A stretch of DNA of 60,867 nt, filler included, from Sphacelaria rigidula (lineage: Eukaryota): NCBI GenBank assembly GCA_964200075.2. It is 4 parts of 4 records of this genome, joined end to end, with 100 filler letters (N's around TTAATTAATTAA, not from the genome) between each part and the next. Parts side by side here need not be neighbours in the genome. Positions count along the whole stretch, not along the records: positions 15,247 to 30,391 come from CAXNAA020001889.1; positions 30,492 to 45,634 come from CAXNAA020001890.1; 2 more parts are not named here. One strand, given 5' to 3'. Shown here piece after piece: positions 23,409-36,922 of the stretch. A program made the translations under genes and the position numbers. How positions within the stretch are numbered: the stretch's first letter is position 1; each line of letters starts with the position of its first letter. The notes under the pieces were generated by a model. The model saw only the letters and a program-made list of their open reading frames with translations, had not been told where the DNA came from and did not search any database.

Positions 23409-25086
23409 CTCTGTATACCCTAGTCATTGACGGAAGCAACAGCGGTCACGAGCCACGGAGTGATGCCGCGTCTCCCCCCAAAATTGTCTCCAAAAAAATG
23501 TCCACACAGCGCATGATGGCTGGTTTCAAGACTGCGTGAAGCGCCTGAGGTTGGCGTCATTAGCGAAAACGACGCAAGAGAGGGACTCCCCAATTGTTCG
23601 GTGCCCTCGGCTTTTGCTATTATCGGTCTCTACGTGTAGGTTTTGCCTCGTCAAAATCATCCATTTTTCTGGAGAGGGGCTACTGCGGCACCACTCCACG
23701 ATAATACAAGAAAAACCTCACATACACGCCGCGTCAGTAGGTGCCTTGGTACGTTATGCAAAGAGGGCCAGCTACGCTCGTGACTGTGTGGTGAGTTGTG
23801 GGCCGTGAGGGTGTCGGCTTGAAAACAATGAATACCCAAGCGAGGAAAGCGCACGTGGACTGACGAGATTCTGAAAAAAAAAAAAAGTGGAAGTCAAACC
23901 TTCTGGGACCGGGCCTCCACAAACGGCCGGGGGTCAGGAGCCGGTCTAGTGTACACGCAGGGTGCATTTGTGCATCGGCGTCATTTTCAGTCGTTTTCAA
24001 GTGACAATGATCCCGATTCACATTGGACCCCTACCCCCCGGTTTGGCCGCTTCTTTTAGACTGAAAAAAGTCACAGAAAAAAGTCGCTTTGGTCAGCTTC
24101 CAGAGGCGTTTTTCCAGACGTTCTTGCGTCCCTGACTCTCACGTTGCGCGCAGACCATGATGTACACATACGAACGCAAGTATGTACGGAGCATACGTTG
24201 GTAATATCTGGTAGTCGGCTGGCATTTATTACGACATAAAAACACATCAATCTGATTCTGTATTGTTATAATTGATTGCTCACCCAGCAGGGCGTGTATG
24301 CAGATCTATTCTGCTACTACTACACACCAACTGATGATCCGCTACGAATACAGCCGCGTTCGCAGGGCGGACACCATCAAGGTCGAAACACATGATGACT
24401 ACATGGTGCCAAGAACGGAAACAAAAAGTTACACATAGCCGTATACATTTGTGACGTGTTCCGAAAATACGCCACGTCACGTCACGTCACACCGTTTTTA
24501 CGTGACATTTGTGACTTGTAACGATATGTGCCCTGATTTTGATGACGTATAAACGCTTCTCTTGAACCCGTGTATCACATCATATCATATCATATCATTA
24601 TGCATGTACAGTATGTACATGTATGTGCCTACGAATCTTCCGCCCTCCTTATTCAGACGCCACATACACGTCCACGCAGCTGACACATCTCGGAATTCAA
24701 CCCTTCTTTCAAGTTCTTTTCAAACGTACCCTCAAAACCCTGAAAAAAATGGTATCCCCATTTTTTGTTGCCGAGCGTGGGACGTGCTCTGAAAAAGGAT
24801 ACAACTCGCTGCCCTCAACTAAAGCGAATGGAAAAAAGGCACAGACAGAAGGAACTGGGGAGAAAAAGTCGGAGGGGAGATCTAAGCAGATAGCTACTTA
24901 CGTAACCAATACGAAAGAAGAAAGTGAGCCTGACCATCGGGGGTGCTAAACGGGGGGGGTGTTAGCCCCCCGAAAAGTGTCCGGGTTGTTCTACGTGTGC
25001 TGTATCGTCATGCCGTACTTCACTCACCCTACTGTTCTGAACTGTCAAGCGTACTGTTGATACCCCAATAAGCAGTACGAGGGTTA

Positions 25087-25298
25087 CAAGGGCAGGTCGA
25101 GCAGAGCATACTCGATTGTGGGGTATTTTGAAAGTCGTACTTGAAGTACTCAAATTGGGGGTAGGGTTTGAGGGATCGCTTTCCAGTCATTTTTTGGGTA
25201 CGACTCCTAACACTCTATAGTACCCTCATGTGAGTACCTCACGTATACGTCTGTCAAAATACCCCGCAATTGAGTATACTCTACTCGACCTGCCCTTG
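25087..25298. mobile_element. hAT-like MITE, copy 2, opposite orientation to 613-818
   Basis: TIR CAAGGGCAGGTCGAG...CTCGACCTGCCCTTG. Perfect 8-bp TSD GAGGGTTA at 25079-25086 and 25299-25306. Confidence 0.9.
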
Positions 25299-27807
25299 GA
25301 GGGTTACTGGAGTGAAGAGCATGGTCATACAACCCGAACTGGAGGGTGGATGCTGACCGGCCCGGGTCATTAGTAGGCGGATCGGGTCAATGGAGGTAGT
25401 CATTATACAATCATACAGTCAGTGCGATGTGGTAGAGGGTACCCCAAACGCCTGATATCAGAGCAGCCAGTGCAGAGTGCTGTACCAAGGAGTACCAAGA
25501 TACTCCGAGACTATTGGCGCGCAATTTATACGGGAAGAGTCGTTTTTCGTTGTTCTCAGAAGATTTGTCATCCCACTGCTTCAATCCTTCGCCAGAATAA
25601 AAGAACAAACGCTTTCCCCGCGCTACCCCTGGGGAACGTTCGAGTAGTTCCGTTCCCCTCCCTGCCCCCACCCTGCATGAAAACATCTTCGCAATATCCA
25701 AATCCAGCGGTTGAGAGACGCCGGTGAAGGACGAAAGGATGCCGTTTCGGAGGGTGTAGTATCCGTCTCCCAACAGATAGATCTGGGAGGTGGCTGCGCC
25801 GAAGAAAGCGAAGCCCTTTTTTCCGCATTGCGCCAGCTTGAGGAGGTAGCCGGAGACAACTGTTGCAAGGTGCGGCGGTTGGTTGACGAATAGAGACCGC
25901 TCTGCACGGTTCAATGAAGAAAAAAAACGGCTTGAAGTAGTGACACTCATATATATATATATATAATATAACATCGGGCGGGCCTCCATATGTTTTTTTG
26001 TAGAAGATGTATCCAAATTTACCTAGTGTACCCTCCCCCCGCCGAGGGACTGTTCAAGCTTCAGTGCCAGGATTTTTTTGTGGACGATCTCGTCAGTCGT
26101 CACGTCAGAGGTGTTCTTTTTTTAATTTTGAATGCTGTCCACCGCACAATAGCTTCACGAAGTGCCTATGTCGGGTCAAACGTCGAATGCATGCCGACTG
26201 CTGGATGCTACAGACGCTTTGTCCGTGGCGCTGTGCCTGCCACATCCAATTTTACAAGCAGAGATCTCGTGGTGGACGTGAGTTATATAGTTCTTTGAGA
26301 ACACACGCCAACAAGCACACTGTCCGATGACCCAAATATCTTTCCGTGGTCGCGTCTGTACCGTAAAACTATACAGTACTTCGGTTTGCGTACTGTACAG
26401 CACGGTGACACTGCACGGTAGGGACAGGCAGCACCCTTGTGTATGTGGCTGAGGAGCACACGCCGGATAATGGCACAAAATCACGTTGTAAAAAAATCGT
26501 ACCGCGTACAGTATGGAATCCATTGTCTGTCGCACTGTTGTAACGCATTCCTCGATACAGAACGCAGTACACTTTTAGACAATGTGATCTTTCGTCTCCA
26601 GAGTGCGCAAAGGTGAACCGTGGGTTCAGAGTTTTCGATAGGCTTGCGTAATAGTGCGGTAGTCGTCGATGAGCCTAGTCCAACAAATATCAGTACACCC
26701 CACTTACTTCGCGGGCTCGAGAGCACCAGGGGGGGAGAGGAGGGCGTGCTCGTTTGCTGCTCGCCTTAGTCGTTCGTTTGACCGTTGATCACGCATCCCT
26801 TTCGAGATGGAGCACCGTTCCTGCTCGTAATAGACACTTCCAACATTTTGATGCTCATCACGTTTCTTTCGTACATAACATGAAGTTTTCACATTTCTCT
26901 CAACCCCCTTGTATCTTTAGGTGTTTTTCCTCGTCTACTTCGTTTTTCGAACATTTCTTTTTCTCCCCAGGAGGGGAAAGGGGAGTTTCTTGTATTCATC
27001 GTACCAGTACAGTAGCGCAGTACCAACAACCCCAGGCTACAAAAGCATGATGGTACGTAGCGTTGAATGGGTGCATGCGTGCCCTGGTTACGTTCAAACG
27101 ACTTGCATTCAAGACCCCCAAAATTCAGCGCGAGGTCACCGCAGGGGGAAACTGTAGAGACGAACACTATTGATTGGCGGTGCAAACGTGGCGCTGATGA
27201 ACCTACTGAGGGATGGTTGGTGCAGCCCTCTCTGGAACATAATGAGTTCAATACACAGCTGACAGTTTTGGCACTATGAATTGGGGGCGTGTTGGACTCA
27301 GGTTCCTGGATTCAAAGTTGTGTCTCTGGTGAATCAACCTAACTCGACATACTCTTCTTGAGACATGTTCAACTTTTGTGTGTCAGCTATATCCATAGTA
27401 CTAGGATATGCCAAAAGTCTGAGTCATGATTGGGCGGTTAGCATTTGGCTCTGGAATTTGATTTCAGTCGACGTTTTTTTTTGTTGTTGCCTTCACCGCC
27501 GGAGACTGGTGCCCCTTGCAGCCACGACCCCAACAGTATGTATCCCCAACGAGTGTGGACCGTGAGCCCTCGTGCGATGGAAGGTGCTCGCTTTGCCGGT
27601 CGGGTAGAGCTCGACGTGGTTTGCCGCGGTAAGCACGGTGTTCGTGTTCGGCCAATGGCGTTCGGCAGAGCGCCTGTGCAGTGGCATTAGCCTGTTCACC
27701 GGCAGTTTAGGGTCATGAGGGCTTTCCGTTCATTTTTCGGGAAATAGTGATGCTGACGGAGGGGTCAAGCAGTACGTGTTGTAGGTGGCCGGGCGCTCAG
27801 GAAAACT

Positions 27808-28940
27808 TCACCCTTGAAGAGCGTGAGTACGTCATCCGTTGAATTGGCATCAATTTTACTCGAAAAAAGTATTCGTGATCCAGATTGACTACCCTCGCAT
27901 TGCCAGGGTTGAACCCTTTGGGAACCCATCGCCGATTTTAGTTTTTGTGAATCGGCATCATTTTGACTTGAGAATGACTGAATGTGATGCCGATTCACAA
28001 AACACAAAAATTGTCAATGAGTTCAAAAAGGGTCAACCCTCCTTTGACGGGGAGAGTAATGGTCTAAATGGATTATGCATACATATTTGTCACGCGAAAT
28101 TGATGCTGATTCAACATATGACTCTACTGCCGCTGTCTAAGGGTTAACCCTTGAACTGCAAAGGTGGTTGGTCCAGCTGGATCATGCGTACTTTTTCCGA
28201 GTGAAGTCGATGGCGATTAAACGGATGATCTACTCTCGCCGTCTAAGTGTTGAAAAGTGAAATTGTTACCCTTTGACGGCGAGAGTAGGCAATCTGTTGA
28301 ACCGGCATCAATTCGACTCGAAAATAATATGCATGACCTAGAGGGGTTACCCTCGCCGTGCAACTCGCCGTTCAAGGGTTAACCTTTTGACCGCGAGGGT
28401 ATAGGTCCTATTCTGAATCGGCATCAATTTCACTTGAAAAAGTATGGGTGATCCAGATGAAATTCCCACATGTGGTCTAAGGGTTAACCCTTTTGGAACC
28501 GGATCCCCTGAAATACGTGTTTCGCACGTAGGGGCCTTTTTTGTGAGTCGGCATCATTTTCAATCGTTTCCAAGTAAAAATTATGCCGATTCACGGAAAG
28601 GCCCTAGCGTGTAAACCACATGTTCCTGGAAGTCAGGTAGGTCCCAAAAGGGTTGATCTATAGGGTGGTTCAGGCCTATCACCCAAAAAACACTCATCGG
28701 CAAAACCTCACCCCGTTTTAACCCTTTGACCGCGAGATTAGTCTTTCTCGATCATGCATACTTTTTTTCACCTGAAATTGATGCCGATTCAACAGAAGAC
28801 TAACCTCGCGGTCTAAGGGTTAACCCGTTTGGAGCTTTTTGACGGTTTGTGTTTAAGAGAATCGGCATCATTTTCAGTTATTATAACTGAAAATGATGCC
28901 GATTCACAAAAACAAAATTCGTCAATGGGTTCCAAAAGGG
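27808..28940. mobile_element. Chain of ~9-10 piggyBac-like mini-elements of two subtypes
   Basis: ~100-160-bp units joined at GGG-TTAA-CCC junctions (e.g. ~28141, ~28376, ~28481, ~28817). Subtype A starts CCCTTTGAC; subtype B starts CCCTTTTGGAACC. Both share a GAATCGGCATCA core. Confidence 0.8.
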
Positions 28941-28943
28941 TTG

Positions 28944-29193
28944 AGGAGTTAGACCATAAAATTTCAAAATTTTGCACATATTTTTTGTGGAGCATTACAC
29001 AACGTCGAAGGTCGAGGTTTTTCGACTTTCTGACTTTTTTACCGTTTTTCGGGGGTCCCAGTTTCTCCAGGGAACATCGATCCAATCAGGCCCCCGTAAA
29101 ACAGTGAAGAAAAATACGAGAAAAAAAATCGTTCATCCAAAGTTGTGTAATGACCTATAGCACAGTTGTGCAAAAATTCAGGGTCTAACTCCT
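28944..29193. repeat. Inverted-repeat-bounded segment; related sequence at ~35005-35080
   Basis: AGGAGTTAGACC...TTTTGCACA...CATTACACAAC pairs with GTTGTGTAATG...TGTGCAAAA...GGTCTAACTCCT. Confidence 0.55.
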
Positions 29194-29805
29194 TGAACCG
29201 GTGTGAAGATTTTCGCTTTCGTGCAATGAACTTTGACGTGCCACGGTGGAACCGCAAACTCCTTGATTTTGATACGGAAACATCGTTTTTGGGCCTTCTT
29301 TGACGTGAGCATGGATATTCAAGCATCACTTGATCGAGTTTTGCGGCGAAATTTTGTGGGGCCCTTCTCTCGGTTATGCGGCGACAGTTTGTTCACGAAA
29401 AAATGAAGAAAAATATCGTTGTGCCAGTTTTCCGGGGTCCTAGAATGGATACTACTTCGAAAAACGACTGGGATCCCGTCGTACCCCCGAAAAACGGTGA
29501 AAAAATCAGGAAGTGAAAAAGCGTCGTCCATAGAAAGTTGCGTAATGATACATAGCATACAAGGATCGGACGGGGCTGCCGATAGGCGGCCCCGTCCTTC
29601 ACGATAGGCGTGGAAAGGGATTTATTTAATTTGGGAGATGGTAAAGGCAATAACCCGTACCAAGAGGTTGAGTCAAAGATTGGATATCTGTATCGGTTAT
29701 GAAAGTATGTTATATGTGATGAGTAGAATGTGGAAGGTGCGGCACGGCCGTAATGTTTGATCCGTTCGTTCGCGCGATTTGTTCACCCTTTCAGGGCGTG
29801 TCTTA

Positions 29806-30265
29806 AGCCAAGTCTAAAGAGAGTCGTTCAAAATTCCTGTTTGAAACTGCCTTTTGGGCCCTTCTCCGTCGATTTACGCGCGAAAAGAGGGCTAGATGCG
29901 TGTTGACGCTTTAGAATGACTTGCTCAAGTCGTTGAGACCGTTCCAGGTCAACTTTGCATTTCCCGCTGGCCGCACTTTTGTTTTCGGCCAAATGAGGCC
30001 AAACACGGATGTTCAGTATAAAGCGGTCAGGTGATAAAAATTTCCCCCTTTTTATTGATCGCTCGACCGTTTTTTATTGAAAATCCGTGTTTGGCCAAAA
30101 ATGGAACTGCGGACAGCGGGAAATGCAAAAGTTGCCCTGGAACGGCCTCAGTGAGTAAAGCAAGTAATTCCAAGGCGTCAATATCCGCCTAGCCCTCTTT
30201 CAGGCGAGAAACGACGGAGAAGGGCCAAAAAGACAGTTTTGAACAGAAGTTTTGAACGGCTCCCA
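29806..30265. mobile_element. Long-TIR PIF/Harbinger-like MITE, copy 1; right tip eroded
   Basis: ~190-bp imperfect inverted arms, preceded by TTA. Same family as 56608-57079. Confidence 0.8.
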
Positions 30266-30391
30266 TTTTTTCTTTTTCCTCACATTTTTGAACCCCTCCC
30301 CTTCCTCGAGATGAGTCCGTGGTCTCAAGGGATCAACCCGTCTCCCCCCTGGTCCGCGCCCTTCATTTTGGTCTCGCGGATGGGGTCAGCA

Positions 30392-30491
30392 NNNNNNNNN
30401 NNNNNNNNNNNNNNNNNNNNNNNNNNNNNNNNNNNTTAATTAATTAANNNNNNNNNNNNNNNNNNNNNNNNNNNNNNNNNNNNNNNNNNNN
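30392..30491. other. Artificial contig spacer
   Basis: 44 N + TTAATTAATTAA + 44 N. Confidence 0.97.
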
Positions 30492-31871
30492 GCCCCTTTC
30501 TCCCCGGAAATGGTCGCGGAGTGTCTTCGCATCGACACAACACCTGGACTCACAACTCTCGAGGCGTCGGTCTTTTGTGATGCGGGAGGTTGTTGAACAC
30601 GGTACTGTTCCGATTTCTGGGCTGGTGTCACGGTCAAGCTAGTCTCTTCCGTCACCAACGGGCGGTTGTTGCATCACCGACGGTTGGTTCAAGCAACGGA
30701 TGCAGTGCCGGCGGCCACGCGTATAGAAACAGTAACAGGACAGTCATGGGCGTAAGTCGCTGAAGGCACGCACACCTCACCGAGCCCGCGTCAATCGTCC
30801 TTGGGAGTACTTGAAACTACTCAACTAACCCGAACATCTCGACACCCATCTTATCGCCTCCTTCCTCGCTGCTACCACGATGTAGTAGACATTGGGCCGC
30901 CTATGTAGCTCACGTTCCTTCAGCTCGTTCGAACTGATGAGTTTTGCCAGTAGAGATGTCCAGCGTTGACCTACAAATGTTCATCGTTGATATTACTTGA
31001 TTAGAGTCTGCACAACGAGAATCAGATCTTGAGTACGGCTGACAGTCTCGTGTGCTCCCCGTGTGCGCAAAACGCGCTTTCGTCAAAAACGGCGCCACAG
31101 GGTTTGGGGTCTGCAAAGGCCGTCTTTTGCCGAGGGAATGCCGTGTGCCGCCCTTGTCGGAGGGTTCTCGGTTTGCGTTGGGTTGGGGTTAGGCTTTTGG
31201 GGTAGGGGTAGCTGTAGCGATACTTGTAAAATGTGTCAATCATAAACATTTGTAGCCCAACTCCGCCTAACTAGCCCACCACTATGACACATCGTGGTAA
31301 TCGGCAACTCAGTGCTCGTTTTCCAATCCACGTGGCATCCGAATCCGACAAGATCTAGTCAAATGATATACCAAACTGTACAGTAGTCCTGCTTTTCTCT
31401 GCAGTTTTCAGTCGCAAGACATATCTTTGAAGGATACAGCCCGAGCTCCTCGCTGGCCGTTTGCGATCGCTTTGCGCGTGTTTCGTTGGAGTTTTCGTTG
31501 GGCGCATGCGTACTGTAGTCCTGAACGCCATTGGTTCTGCTCCTGTTTCTATACGCGTGGCCGCCGGCACTGCATCCGTTGCTTGAACCAACCGTCGGTG
31601 ATGCAACAACCGCCCGTTGGTGACGGAAGAGACTAGCTTGATCGTGACACCAGCCCCGAAATCGGAACAGTACCGTGTTCAACAACCTCCCGCATCACAA
31701 AAGACCGACGCCTCGAGAGTTGTGAGTCCAGGTGTTGTGTCGATGCGAAGACACTCCGCGACCATTTCCGGGGAGAAAGGGGCGTGGTCGTTGTGGCGAC
31801 CGTGAACGGCAAATGAGGGGGAAAAGAGCCGAATATGTGGGCCCATGGTTGGAGTTGGCGCGTAGATTCTC
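30492..31871. mobile_element. Foldback or non-autonomous MULE-like element with TIRs of at least 241 bp; left end in gap
   Basis: 30492-30732 is the reverse complement of 31543-31783 with 2 mismatches. Putative right terminus ...CGTAGATTCTC (reads GAGAATC inward) is inferred. Confidence 0.7.
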
Positions 31872-32599
31872 TGGTACAGTGTAGAGAGCGATGGCTTAGC
31901 ACAGCTACGTTCTAGGCCGAACGGTGGCCCAGATGAGGTACGATTGAAAAATAATTCCTAGATCAGGTACAGCTCGGCGAAATGTGGCCTACACGAAGTA
32001 AGCGGTTTCTGGAGGCGAAATGTCCGTTTCCGCGTGGCCATATTTCTCGAGTGACATGTTATCCATTTTGTTCGAGTCCCGGGTGCCAATGCCCCCCCCG
32101 AACGATGTGCGTGAAAACTCCGGAGCGAAAACGGTAAAAAACAACGCTTTCGTCAAATTGAGAGTTCAAGGTACGATTGAGAGTGAAAGCGGTCAATCAG
32201 TGAATACGCCGCTTCAGTTCCGAAATGCACCGCAACCAGGCCCAATATTCCCTCTGTAGTAGCTTGCCACTGAGGCCCTGGATGCCCCTGAGTAGGAAAT
32301 CAATGTGTAGCTGTAAGCACATGGCAGTGATGAGACGACAAAAAGCACGAACGGAAAGAAAAATTGGCCAAGTGAAAGCGAATGATCGAAGCCATTCTCA
32401 ATCCACATCCAACCCTCAATCTCACGAGAACCTTGTTCAGAGTGGCGTGTTTGGTTGTTTCCGCGTTTCTGACAATTTTTCGTACCTTCCTCAGGCAGAA
32501 AAGGAGAAGGAATATCTTTTCTGGGCCATTGCCCTGAATGTTGCATGTTGTGGTGTCCAGGGTGTGGAATATCTTGAGCGTTTTCAACATCTAGTAGAT

Positions 32600-33700
32600 T
32601 ATCTTTCAATGGCACCCGCGACAATGAAACTAACTGCCCACTTTAGTAATTGTTTTACACTTTCCAATATGCATATTGAATAATCAAATATGTACTGCTA
32701 CACTTATATATTCTGTGACGGTCGGTTCCCTCGTGTATTGCTCGCCCAATATATAAAAATATGAAACGCATTGACGCTCGACATATTGGGGCGGCAATAT
32801 ATATTGGCGCCTCGGGTCTTGAGAAGACTGAATTGTCCACATGTATTGACCTCGTATGGCAACTACTATATTATTTGACAGTGTATATCAGCGCTTTACC
32901 GCACCAGCATTGCTCGGCCGATATGTGTTGGGGTGACGCATGTCACGGTTTATTTTTCAGTCGATGCTTCCTCTGTCTTGTAAGTCTGTGCACTTATGGG
33001 CGTTTAATCACTTGTGTACTTCAACGTTGGCGACCATCGTGTGGTTAGGGCCGTTTGAGAGTTGAAGCGCAGACGAAGCTGATGAAGGAAAAAAAACGAA
33101 AAAAAACTTGTTTTGATCACTAAAATTAAGTCGAAATATCCTCTATTTTGACCCTTCTTGATCCATTTATACCACCATGATTGACCGATTTTGGACATTT
33201 TCACGTCGAGCACCGGCAACTACATGCTGACAAAATATTAGATGGGGCGTACGTAGGTTAACATCACAATCATGTCCAGAAACAATGATAGTTCCGCGAT
33301 TTTCACATTTTCTGGCCCAATTCCCGCTATTTTTTCGTGTTCCCGGGTCTCATGTTTTCCCCGGAAAACGAACGAATAACGGCCGTTTTTGGATTGACCT
33401 GCTTTTTCTCGACCGCGCGGCTGCATGGGTCAAGCACCCACGTTGTAAAACAAATGTTGGCTTTAGCTAGCAAAAACGCTGACAAAAGCAACGTTTATAT
33501 CGAAAATCAATTATCGCACCGTTAAGGGCTCGTACAACCATGAGTGCCCAGACTTTTGAGACAGAGGAAGTATATATGGCATATTGCGATGCTTGACATC
33601 TTGATCTATCTCTCGTGCCATTATTTTGTGCGCCCAATGTATATTGACCACCCGACGCGTCGACATATTAGGGGGCAATAGTATATGTACATGTATATTT
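32600..33700. repeat. Diverged repeat region with CAATATATATTG motifs and internal inverted symmetry; homologous to 45090-45634
   Basis: 32600-32755 aligns inverted with 45090-45240. 33440-33575 aligns inverted with 45500-45634. 32967-33000 pairs with 33537-33570. Confidence 0.65.
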
Positions 33701-36614
33701 TCACATATTTCACCATCTTCGCCGAGTTTCCTGTGCCGACAAGGCATTCTTTTCCGCGCTTTCTTTCGCAGTGCACTTGGAACGCTCAGAGGTACATTAC
33801 CGTTGAGGTTTGGATGTCACCTGATACCGGTGGTGTGTTCTGTCCACCGAAAGTCGCTCAAACTGTTCCTTTTTCGCGGGGTGTTGATCCCGAACTACAA
33901 AAGCCTGTTGAGGATCATGAAAAACTTCAAACAGCATTACGTTTGGCGGGAGATTTTCGCCGTGTTCCCCTTTTTCGCGTTCTCGTTCATTCGGAAGCAC
34001 GAACACACTGGTTATAACGTCAACGTCACGAGAACATGAGAGCAAAGCATTCGAAATAATGGAACTCTGCCTTGGTCTAATCCAGCAGCAGACTCGAGAC
34101 CGTGCAATGGGCCGTCGGCGAGTTGAACAAGGCACAGCAGCATGGCAGCACAGGAATCTTTTGCTGCCAAAAAAATCACCTTGTTTAAAAAAATGGCCCA
34201 GTGATGTGAAAGCCACAGTGATGTTCCAATTTTACAAAGTAAACTTGGTATCTGCCGCGGGTAAAAAATTCGGCTTGGTGATTTTTTGCGACTCCGCTTT
34301 TGCATCAGGATTCTTGCGACTGGAGTCTTGCGATAGTGTTTGTGCTAGATTTTTCCACTCCAAAACCCCTATCGATTTCGGTTTTTCGGGGATCACTTCG
34401 CCAAACGGACACCAAACGCATCCTGCTCCAAGCTTCAAATCGTAGTGACCGTCATCGACATGGGAATCTAACGAGAACATCATACTTTAAAAACGGTTTC
34501 TATGGGGGTCGAATTATACCCGAAACCGTGATTTTTCGGTGATGTTGGGTGTTGGCGCCGTCTAATTTCCACTAATAATACGCACGAAAGACCCAGGGAG
34601 GCTCGTTACGGTGTCCCCTGTATCTGTCGTGGAAAAACTCAGATCGCCCTCAAACTCGGCAGTTCTGTAGGTACAGTATTGATGTTCAAAATGGGAAAAT
34701 TGTATTCTTGAGAATATTTGATGTTTTCTCCGTTCTCTACCGGCTTTCGGGGGTCCAAGCATGAAGACCCCCGGAAGGCGGTACAGAATGCTCTGAAAGA
34801 AAACTGATGAAATGGTGCGTCCCGGGAGAGTCCAAGGAACACATGTACAAAGTTTGGTGGAGAAACTCGAAAACCTCATATTGTTTTTCTTGCCTTGACG
34901 TCAAATTCCCCCCAAAAGACGTTTCCGTACTAAAACCAAGTAGCTAGGAGTTGCTCGTTTCAAGCCCACGTCCTCCACGAACGCGCAAAATTTTACGTTC
35001 CTGCAAAGTTGCGTAGTGACCCATAGAACATTCGTGCACAATGTCGGGGTCTAACTCCTTGAAACGGCGTGAAGTTTTGCCGATGAGTATTTTTTGGGTG
35101 ATGAGCGTTAACCAGCCTGCAGAGTTATCTCAAACGGGGTTCCTGCATTCTCTTCACTTGAAAAGTAAATGTGAGCCACATCATTCCGTCGCACGAGCTC
35201 TGTACCCATGACACGCACATCCCTGCTGCATTGCATCACCCCAACGGTCTGTTCGTCATTCATTTTCACGCAAGAAGTGTGACAGTGCAACGCGGATGGC
35301 CATTCGGGTGACTGTAAAGGCCGAGACGAATCTGATCTAGAACGCGCAGTACAGCAGGTATGTGCCGTATAGTACAATACAGCGCTCGTTTTCATCTTTC
35401 CCCCCCTCGTTGCATTCTTTTCGTTTGTCTCCGGGTATCACCAAGAATCAGATTGCATCAATTTGGTCAAACCCTTCGCTAGCGTCACCTCTTCCTGCCT
35501 GCAAACTGAATCGTTCGACTGCCACGATGGGCATCCATTTTCGAAGTAGATACTACGCTCAAAGGACAGAAATGACCGATCCTGAGGAGTGGGAACAACC
35601 GCAAAGGAGTGCACATGCTACCATGCGGTCATTTTCACGAGGCACTAAACCCAGGTAGACCACGAAAAGACAAAATGAGCTGCTATCGTCATGAACTCCG
35701 CTTATCCCTCCGCCGATGCCTTGCAGTGGGCGGGGATGAACAAGCGGATATAGGCAGTTGATCTCGGTAGCTGAGAACTGCCCAGAACGTGCAAGGGCGT
35801 ATGTACCGGTAGCTGCTGTTGCAGTCGGGGAGGCGTACTGTACTGTACTGTGGTACTGTATTGTGCTGTGTGTATGCGCGCCGCAAAACTGATACCCTTC
35901 TAAGAGATTTTGCCGCTTGCAAAAAAAAGGGCAATCGCGGCCCACCCCTACCACAAAAGGCTGTGTGGGAAGGTGATGGGGACAATAGTATCATCCAAAG
36001 CCACAAGTGGCGGGGGGCCCGCCGGTCGCCGCACCCTGTTGAAAGCTCTGTACGGTGACCCATACTGCTTGCTAAATCAGATGGTGTACATCACTGAATG
36101 CACAGCCTGCACCTGAAAATGGAGTAGGTGAAACTACCGTTCGTGTTTATCCTAACTCTGTGGTTACATGTCCGGATTTCAGCAACACAAAGCCACTGTT
36201 TCGTCCAGACACCAGACGAGTCATTCCTAACCAGTCCCATTGACCTTCTCGAGGTCCGGTCCCACCCTTTTCAAGTGAAAATGATGCCGATTAAGCAGGT
36301 GACCTGCCCTCGCGGTCAAAGGGTCAAGTGTGTATAAATAGAATTGGAATTATAGTAGGACTGACAGTCCCGTGTGCTCCTCGCCTGCGCTGAACGCGTT
36401 TCGTTCGAATCGGCGCCACTCTAACCGTTTTGGGTCTATCGAAGCTGCCCCTCGGCTAGGGAATGTATGTACCGCCCTCGCCCGAAAGTTCTCGGTATGA
36501 ATTGAGGGTCTACAAAGGCCGTACTTTGCCTATGGACTTCTGTACCGCCCTTGCCCGAGGGTACTCGGTTTGCGTTGGGTTGGATTTAGGGTTGGGGGTA
36601 GCGATACAAGGTCA

Positions 36615-36922
36615 ATTCACCACTTGCGAGGGTGAGAAGTTTCTCAGAAATTTATAACTTCGAACAGACTACAATACTAACACCAACACTAACCCTGAGG
36701 TCAACGAAGATACACCGGAAATCCTCGGGCGAGCGGGTGGAAAGTGCTACCTGGGCAAGGGTGCCTTGCCAGACCACGAATCGGCTCCCCAGGCGCCGAT
36801 TTCGACAAGAACGCGTTCTGCGCAAGCTAGGATCAAAGCCCCGTAAAGATCCGGATTTATTTGTCCACACTAGTATCGAGTCGAGCTATCTGAAAAAATT
36901 GTCACCCTCCCAAGTGGTGAAC
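36615..36922. mobile_element. Small TIR element; collapsed relic at 19195-19236
   Basis: TTCACCACTTGCGAGGGTGAGAAGTTTCTCAGA pairs with TCTGAAAAAATTGTCACCCTCCCAAGTGGTGAAC|TA. Confidence 0.6.
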
